Positions 58,273 to 64,000 of a DNA stretch of 64,000 nt are shown piece after piece. The stretch's first letter is position 1; each line of letters starts with the position of its first letter. Under the pieces are notes generated by a model. That model saw only the letters and a program-made list of their open reading frames with translations. It was not told where the DNA came from and searched no databases. The translations under genes and the position numbers were made by a program. Source of the stretch: Candidatus Kaiserbacteria bacterium (lineage in GTDB: Bacteria; Patescibacteriota; Minisyncoccia; Phycocordibacterales; UBA918); contig JAHQWD010000003.1 in NCBI GenBank assembly GCA_019634005.1, forward strand, positions 304,539 through 368,538, written 5' to 3'.

Positions 58273-58542
58273 TTACGCCTTTTTCTTGCGTCCTCCAGCC
58301 TTCTCTGCACGCGCCTTGAAGCGCTCTACACGTCCTGCAGTATCCATCACCTTCTCCTGTCCTGTATAAAACGGATGTGATGCACTTGAAACATCTACGT
58401 GTGCAACGGGATACTCATTCCCATCTGTCCACTTATCTGTCTCTTCAGTTGCGATTGTCGAACCAAGCAAAAAGCGCTCCCCACTTGCGTTGTCGTGGAA
58501 AATTACCTTTCGATAGTTATCTGGATGAATATCCTTTTTCAT
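58273..58542 (-). CDS. rpmE: 50S ribosomal protein L31, type B (no CxxC zinc motif), with a basic C-terminal tail
   Basis: [15 protein letters not shown]...HPFYTGQ is the L31 core and lacks the Cys ligands. C-terminal tail [16 protein letters not shown]. Confidence 0.8.
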   Translation of the reverse strand: MKKDIHPDNYRKVIFHDNASGERFLLGSTIATEETDKWTDGNEYPVAHVDVSSASHPFYTGQEKVMDTAGRVERFKARAEKAGGRKKKA

Positions 58543-58583
58543 AGCCGAAGTACTATAGCAAACTTTGTTGCTTTGGCAAGTAA

Positions 58584-59936
58584 TTAGACGCCATCGAGGA
58601 AGTCGATATCATCCTGGTACTGCTCTGCGTACGAGAGTACGCTCGATGCATACCCAAGTCCGTTAATCTTCCAGTATCCTCCCGCGTAGTATCGTGCTGC
58701 CGCCTCTTGCTCTGCACTGTATCCTCCTTTCCATGCACCGAGGTCGCTCACGAAGATTCCTGTTGCCATAATGGCATGCTCTGGATTCCACGGGTCTGCT
58801 GTATCAACACCAATTGCATCTGCCACACGGTCTGCATACATTACCCATGTTGATGGAATGAACTGGGTTGGCCCCATTCCTCCACCGTATCCTACAGACT
58901 GTGGACATGAGACCGGTGTCCCGTATGGTGGACGACCTAACTCTTTAGTGATCTCAAGGAATGGCTCCACATCTCTATCTGGCTTCATCACGCGTGCAAA
59001 TGGAGTTCCTGTATTCTTTCCCTTTCCATCTCCTGTCTCTGGATCTACCAAGAGACACTGTCCAACATTCACACCAAGATTAGACTCCTGTCTGAGGATT
59101 GCAAGAATGAAAGCCGCACGAACACCCGTATACTTCTCTGCTTTCTTTGCATAGGCGAGCGCAACTTCAAACGGAATACCGTCGGTGTCCAGTCCACGGA
59201 GGGAGAAGAGTGCCGCGTTAATCTGCGCTGCCTTTGCCTGACGGTCTGCAAGAATCTGCTGGTATGATTTCGCCTCCTGCTGTGTTGCAGCAAGCAACTG
59301 TTTCTTCTCTGCCTCACTCTGTGCGATCGTCTGCTTCCGTTGCTCTACCACATACTTTGCATCTACCTCCTCACTCTTCTGCGCATCAAGTTGCTCTCGC
59401 TCTACTTCAGTCTCTGCTTTTGCGTCACGAATGTTTTCAAAATGCTCCTTGAGAGAGCGTTGGATGGAATAGAAACTATCAACGTCCAAAAAGAAATCTG
59501 AGATGTCTTTGCTATTCAGCACCACCTCCACCAGTGCATAATCATCTATCTCGTTTGTCTTCCGAATGAGTTGCGCCAGTGACTGCTTCCCTGTATCAAT
59601 ACGGTCCTCAAGTTCTCCGATACGTTCGGTACGAAGGTTAATATCTTTTGACAGTTGTGAGATAGCGATATTCTTCGCACGAATAGTCGCCTCAGCGGCA
59701 TTAATTTTTGCCGTGAGCGCCTGTACATCGCTATCAATACTGTCGACACGGCCATTTGCCTCATCGAGAATAGCCTGCCAGCGCTCAATTTCTTCATTAC
59801 AGCGCTCCAAATCTTCTTGGAGTTCCTCCTCACTCTTTCCATCAGTCCCCTCACTACACGCGTCTTGTGCACCCGCGTGAGACACGCCGAACGAGCCGAC
59901 AAGAAGTAGCAGAAGTAGAAAAATCCCTATACGCAT
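58584..59936 (-). CDS. Secreted peptidoglycan lytic transglycosylase (SLT/MltB-like) with an N-terminal coiled-coil region
   Basis: Signal peptide ([21 protein letters not shown]) and a long coiled coil. C-terminal domain has ILRQESNLG (ES motif) and [10 protein letters not shown], typical of SLT_2/MltB transglycosylases. Perfect TATAAT 10 nt upstream of ATG 59936. Confidence 0.65.
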   Translation of the reverse strand: MRIGIFLLLLLLVGSFGVSHAGAQDACSEGTDGKSEEELQEDLERCNEEIERWQAILDEANGRVDSIDSDVQALTAKINAAEATIRAKNIAISQLSKDINLRTERIGELEDRIDTGKQSLAQLIRKTNEIDDYALVEVVLNSKDISDFFLDVDSFYSIQRSLKEHFENIRDAKAETEVEREQLDAQKSEEVDAKYVVEQRKQTIAQSEAEKKQLLAATQQEAKSYQQILADRQAKAAQINAALFSLRGLDTDGIPFEVALAYAKKAEKYTGVRAAFILAILRQESNLGVNVGQCLLVDPETGDGKGKNTGTPFARVMKPDRDVEPFLEITKELGRPPYGTPVSCPQSVGYGGGMGPTQFIPSTWVMYADRVADAIGVDTADPWNPEHAIMATGIFVSDLGAWKGGYSAEQEAAARYYAGGYWKINGLGYASSVLSYAEQYQDDIDFLDGV

Positions 59937-59967
59937 ACGTGCAAATATTATACACGACTCCGCCATA

Positions 59968-59996
59968 CAAAAAACGCGGCCTGTGCCGCGTTTTTC
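59968..59996. terminator. Bidirectional terminator after rplY
   Basis: AACGCGGC-CTGT-GCCGCGTT hairpin flanked by A6/T5. Confidence 0.75.
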
Positions 59997-60000
59997 TGGA

Positions 60001-60651
60001 TTACTCCTCTGTCTTTTCTGCTTCTTCAGATTCCTCTCCCTTTCCTTTCTCCTCTACCTCAATCGCATCCATATCTACCTGTTCTACTGGTGCTTCTTCC
60101 TCTTCTTTCACCTCAGATACCAGCGCAACAACTTCCTCAGGGTCTATCTCTGTCTTCACCCCCTCTGGAAGTGTGATGTCCTTCACTTTAATCTGTGCAT
60201 CAAAGTCTACAAGTGATGACACATCGACGGTAAGATGGCTTGGGAGCGCACTTGGACGACAGGTTACTTCAAGCTCGTGCATTACCTTCGTAAGTGATCC
60301 ACCAAGCTTAATTGCAGGTGCCTCACCTTCAAACTCCAGTGATACCTCAGTGGTAAGTTCCTTACCACGTTCTACTGCATAGAAGTCCACGTGCTGCACA
60401 CCTCCCTTTACAGGATCGAACTCCACATCGTGAATCAGTGCCTCAACCTCTTCCCCAAGACCTGTAAGGTTCACAATAGTAGATTCTGCTCCATCACGGA
60501 ACAGTTTATCAAGTTCCGCTTTATTAAGCGTAATTGCTGTCGCCTCTTGTTTCTTTCCGTATACGACCGCAGGAATTTGCTCTTTCGCACGAAGTGCTGC
60601 AAGTTGCTTTCCGCGTTCTTCTCGTTTTGTAACGTTTAGTTGTACCGTCAT
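60001..60651 (-). CDS. rplY: 50S ribosomal protein L25 (Ctc form) with an acidic C-terminal extension
   Basis: VTKREERGKQLAALRAKEQIPAVVYGK is the L25 N-domain, followed by a Ctc-like C-domain and an E-rich tail. Confidence 0.85.
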   Translation of the reverse strand: MTVQLNVTKREERGKQLAALRAKEQIPAVVYGKKQEATAITLNKAELDKLFRDGAESTIVNLTGLGEEVEALIHDVEFDPVKGGVQHVDFYAVERGKELTTEVSLEFEGEAPAIKLGGSLTKVMHELEVTCRPSALPSHLTVDVSSLVDFDAQIKVKDITLPEGVKTEIDPEEVVALVSEVKEEEEAPVEQVDMDAIEVEEKGKGEESEEAEKTEE

Positions 60652-60697
60652 AATTATGTGTCTTTATATATGTGACGAGAGCATAGCACAGCACTCC

Positions 60698-61663
60698 TTA
60701 GGATACAACGTTCTCTGGTGTCTCTCCGTTAAGAAAGGCCACGATGTTCTGTGCTGCAATGAGAGACATCTTTCCTCGTGTTTCTACTGACGCAGATGCG
60801 ATATGTGGGGTAAGGGTCACATTATCGAGATCGGACAATCCTGCCGCAAGTGCTGGCTCATCTTCGTAGACATCGAGTCCTGCACCAGCAATCTGGCCCG
60901 TCTTCAATGCCTCAACCAGTGCTTTCTCATCTACCACAGGACCGCGAGACGTGTTAATGAGATACGCCGTCTTTTTCATCATCGCAAGACGCACACCATT
61001 CACAAGATGTTTTGTAGCTGGAAGAAGTGGTACGTGTACGGAGACAATATCCGCCTCTGCAAAGAGCTCCTCAATATCTTCTTTGTACGTTGCAGCAAGA
61101 TCGTTCTCAAAGTGTTCGTTCTTCTTGATATCGTTGTAGATGATGTTCATACCAAGTCCACGATATGCTTTCTCTGCCATTGCGTATCCAATACGTCCTG
61201 CGCCAAGAATACCGAGTGTCTTCCCTTTCAGATCACTTCCAAGGAGTAGTTCTGGCGCCCAGCCGTCATACTTCCCCGCACGGGTAAAGCGATCTGCCTC
61301 TGGTATACGCTTTGCAACAGCAAGCATCAGAGAAAACGCATACTCTGCCACCGTCTCCGTAAGTACTCCTGGCGTGTTCGTGACCGTTACTCCACGTTCT
61401 TTTGCTGCTTCAAGGTCTATGTTGTCGTACCCAACCGCATAGTTCGCAAAAATCTTTGCGTCAGTTGCATCAAACACCTCCCCATCAATGGTGTCGGTGA
61501 GAAGACAGAGCACTGCGTCATACGACTCCTTCCCTAGTTCTGCGATAAGTTCTTCTTTGGTAAGCACCCCTTCTTTAGTACTAATCGTAACCTCGTGCCC
61601 CGCTTCTTGAAGCAGGTTGATTCCATCCTCAGGAATCTTTCGTGTGACAAATATACGTGACAT
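60698..61663 (-). CDS. D-isomer-specific 2-hydroxyacid dehydrogenase (glyoxylate/hydroxypyruvate reductase-like)
   Basis: NAD-binding GILGAGRIGYAMAEK and catalytic R/E/H residues in a D-2-HDH fold. Start at ATG 61663 (MSRIFVTRK). Confidence 0.75.
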   Translation of the reverse strand: MSRIFVTRKIPEDGINLLQEAGHEVTISTKEGVLTKEELIAELGKESYDAVLCLLTDTIDGEVFDATDAKIFANYAVGYDNIDLEAAKERGVTVTNTPGVLTETVAEYAFSLMLAVAKRIPEADRFTRAGKYDGWAPELLLGSDLKGKTLGILGAGRIGYAMAEKAYRGLGMNIIYNDIKKNEHFENDLAATYKEDIEELFAEADIVSVHVPLLPATKHLVNGVRLAMMKKTAYLINTSRGPVVDEKALVEALKTGQIAGAGLDVYEDEPALAAGLSDLDNVTLTPHIASASVETRGKMSLIAAQNIVAFLNGETPENVVS

Positions 61664-61747
61664 ATACCTATAGGATACGTGTTCTTCGGTATCTATCAAC
61701 AGGCATGCCGTGTATTGGAGTCCCGCTCCCTTGTACACTACCTATAT

Positions 61748-62749
61748 ATGTCACAGCAATACGATTTCGTCGCCATAGGCGACATCACCATAGATGCCTT
61801 TATCCAACTCTCTAAAGAGGACGCAACGGTTATGTGCGATATTGAAGGAAAGCCATGCCAACTTCTGATGGACTTTGGATCGAAACTTCCGTATGAAGAT
61901 GTCACCGTGGTAAATGCTGTTGGAAATGCTCCGAACGCGTCCGTGTCTGCGCATCGTCTAGGTTTGAAGAGTGCGCTGGTGACCAATCTCGGGCATGATC
62001 GCAATGGAAAAGACTGTCTCGACACCCTTCGTCGGGAAGGAGTACACACAGATTTTGTAAAGATTCATGAAGAGAAGAGTACCAACTATCACTACGTACT
62101 TCGCTACGGCGCAGAGCGAACCATTCTTATCAAGCACGAAGAGTACCCGTACCTCCTTCCACAGTTCCAAGTGCCACCACGCTATATCTACTTCTCTTCC
62201 ATCGGAGAGAACGGGGTAGATTTCCATCATGCTATTGCAGATTATGTACGCAAAAACCCAGAGACCAAACTGGTTTTCCAGCCAGGAACCTTCCAGATTC
62301 GTCTTGGCTATGATGCCATCAAAGATATCTACGAACTCTGTGAGATTTTCTTCTGTAACAAACAAGAGGCAGAAAAAATTCTTGGACTTCAGAGTACTCC
62401 CGTACCAGAGCTTCTTCGTAAGATGGCGACACTTGGACCAAAAATCCCTGTGATTACCGATGGACCAAACGGTGCCTACGCACTCGATGGGGATGATGTT
62501 TGGTTTATTCCGATGTACCCAGATCCGAAAGAGCCTGTGGACCGTACAGGTGCAGGAGATTCTTTCTCTTCAACGTTCACCGCAGCGCTTGCGGCAGGAC
62601 ATGATATTAAAACCGCACTGACATGGGGACCAATCTCTTCTATGTCTGTGGTACAACACATCGGTGCACAAAAAGGCCTCCCGACGCAAGAAGACCTTGA
62701 GAAATACCTTAGCGAAGCGCCCGAGAGTTACGTACCGAGAAAAATTTAA
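61748..62749 (+). CDS. PfkB-family carbohydrate kinase
   Basis: C-terminal DRTGAGDSFSSTF (DTxGAGD) signature and an N-terminal GG-like motif. Start at ATG 61748 with TACACT 10 nt upstream. Confidence 0.75.
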   Translation: MSQQYDFVAIGDITIDAFIQLSKEDATVMCDIEGKPCQLLMDFGSKLPYEDVTVVNAVGNAPNASVSAHRLGLKSALVTNLGHDRNGKDCLDTLRREGVHTDFVKIHEEKSTNYHYVLRYGAERTILIKHEEYPYLLPQFQVPPRYIYFSSIGENGVDFHHAIADYVRKNPETKLVFQPGTFQIRLGYDAIKDIYELCEIFFCNKQEAEKILGLQSTPVPELLRKMATLGPKIPVITDGPNGAYALDGDDVWFIPMYPDPKEPVDRTGAGDSFSSTFTAALAAGHDIKTALTWGPISSMSVVQHIGAQKGLPTQEDLEKYLSEAPESYVPRKI

Positions 62750-63732
62750 CCGAGCGCTTTCTTCGCAGCGGTGACAATCGCTGGTGTATCAATACCGTAA
62801 TATTGAATGAGTGTATCTGGATCTCCAGACTGTCCAAAGAGATCTTTCACTCCCACACGAACCACCTTTGTTGGATGTACTTCTCCGAGGTATTCTGCAA
62901 CCACAGAACCCATACCGCCCGCAACCTGATGCTCTTCGACAGTGACGATGACGTCATGCTCTTTTGCAAATGCAAGCACTGCCTCTGTATCAAGCGGTTT
63001 TACCGTCGCGAGATTCATCACCGATGCACCAATACCTCCTTCATTTAATTCTTTTCCTGCAACAAGTGCGTTGTGAAGGATGGTTCCTGTTGCAATAATA
63101 CCCACCTTCCGTTCGTGCGCTTCATCGCGCTTCATATATATAGATGCTTTCCCGATAGCAAATGGGGTTGCTGCAGTCGTCACCACGGGAGTCTTTTCTC
63201 TTCCCAGACGAATATAGACTGGTCCTTCATATTTTGCTGCCGCAAGTGTTGCGCGTTTTGCTTCGTGCACGTCACATGGTGCAAGCACCACCATGTTTGG
63301 TACCACCCGCATAATGGCCATATCCTCAATCGCCTGATGCGTCGCACCATCTGGCCCCACGGACACCCCTGCATGTGCACCAACAATCTTTGCGTTCATA
63401 TTGTTATATGCAATGGTAGTACGAATCTGTTCCCAGCTTCGCCCTGGAGAAAACATTGCATATGATGCAAAAAATGGAATCTTCCCCATTGCTGCCATTC
63501 CCGACGCAACCGATGCAAGATTCTGCTCTGCAACACCAATCTCTATATATCGCTCTGGGAATGCTTCTTTAAATGCCTGTACACGGGTAGATTCAGTAAG
63601 GTCTGCACAGAGTGCAACGACATTCTTATCTCGTTCTCCCGCTTCTTTAAGTCCCTCACCAAAACCATTACGATTCGGGACTCGTTCGATGGAATCACTG
63701 AAAAGATTTGGATTGAGATGCTCTGCTGTCAT
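62746..63732 (-). CDS. Transketolase, C-terminal subunit (split transketolase)
   Basis: Pyrimidine-binding and C-terminal domains (EIGVAEQNLASVASGMA...). 328 aa. Immediately downstream of the N-terminal subunit gene. Confidence 0.85.
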   Translation of the reverse strand: MTAEHLNPNLFSDSIERVPNRNGFGEGLKEAGERDKNVVALCADLTESTRVQAFKEAFPERYIEIGVAEQNLASVASGMAAMGKIPFFASYAMFSPGRSWEQIRTTIAYNNMNAKIVGAHAGVSVGPDGATHQAIEDMAIMRVVPNMVVLAPCDVHEAKRATLAAAKYEGPVYIRLGREKTPVVTTAATPFAIGKASIYMKRDEAHERKVGIIATGTILHNALVAGKELNEGGIGASVMNLATVKPLDTEAVLAFAKEHDVIVTVEEHQVAGGMGSVVAEYLGEVHPTKVVRVGVKDLFGQSGDPDTLIQYYGIDTPAIVTAAKKALG

Positions 63733-63733
63733 A

Positions 63734-64000
63734 TTACTCGCTTACGCTAATCATACCGTTAAGTGACCGAAGCTTCTTGAGCGCCGTCTCTGCCTGCTCA
63801 TCTTTTGGTACTCGATCCTCTGGTCCTTTCCCTGGAGGATTGCCGTGCCACCTGAAGTCTCGCTCAAAGACATCCACCCCCTTGGCAGGAATGGTGTGCG
63901 CAATGATAAGTGATGGCTGACTGTACACAGACTGTGCTTTTCCAATTGCATCATGCATCGCACGGATATTGTGGCCGTCCACTTCCTGCACGTCAAAATT
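63734..64000 (-). CDS. Transketolase, N-terminal (TPP-binding) subunit, partial (3' end only; continues beyond the window)
   Basis: The C-terminal portion (...FRWHGNPPGKGPEDRVPKDEQAETALKKL) ends at 63734. The ORF is open to the window edge. Confidence 0.75.
   Translation of the reverse strand, partial: NFDVQEVDGHNIRAMHDAIGKAQSVYSQPSLIIAHTIPAKGVDVFERDFRWHGNPPGKGPEDRVPKDEQAETALKKLRSLNGMISVSE

Overview
This 64-kb window is a gene-dense, mostly co-linear stretch of a small bacterial genome, about 45-55% GC by hand counts. I read the lineage as a reduced-genome group such as Patescibacteria/CPR. That inference rests on short PheS/PheT, a hingeless mini-SMC, a class I aldolase, leaderless genes, and sortase and type IV pilin genes, and is not certain.

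The window is dominated by information-processing genes:
- Replication and transcription: rpoB-rpoC, dnaG-rpoD, dnaE, gyrB, a UvrD-type helicase-nuclease.
- RNases: RNase R, RNase III, RNase HII.
- Aminoacyl-tRNA synthetases: hisS, thrS, pheS-pheT.
- Ribosomal proteins and translation factors: S16, L32, S2, L31, L25, EF-Ts, RF1, TrmD, PrmC.

Interspersed accessory content:
- A cell-surface locus: a 779-aa repeat-rich surface protein, a GC-rich lipoprotein gene, a sortase, and a CARDB-like protein.
- A processive GT2 glycosyltransferase plus a PEGA-domain gene co-transcribed with pheST.
- A low-GC HNH endonuclease next to tRNA-Thr.
- A NADAR gene inside the rpsP-trmD operon.
- An NDT-like (DUF4406)+CYTH two-gene cassette.
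- A NusB-NUDIX fusion.
- A prepilin gene inserted between rnc and a hingeless SMC.

Regulatory features I can support directly:
- A T-box leader upstream of thrS whose discriminator-pairing base matches the tRNA-Thr in this window.
- Many strong bidirectional rho-independent terminators.
- A pervasive leaderless architecture: a -10 hexamer (TATACT, TATAAT or TATAGT) sits about 6-13 nt upstream of the start codon with no Shine-Dalgarno. Three hypothetical genes break this pattern with strong AAGGAG Shine-Dalgarno sites.
- A roughly 230-nt structured, terminator-bounded RNA element between rpoC and dnaG.

No CRISPR array, rRNA or obvious transposase was seen. Coordinates of adjusted starts follow the leaderless pattern and internal conserved N-termini rather than the longest ORF.
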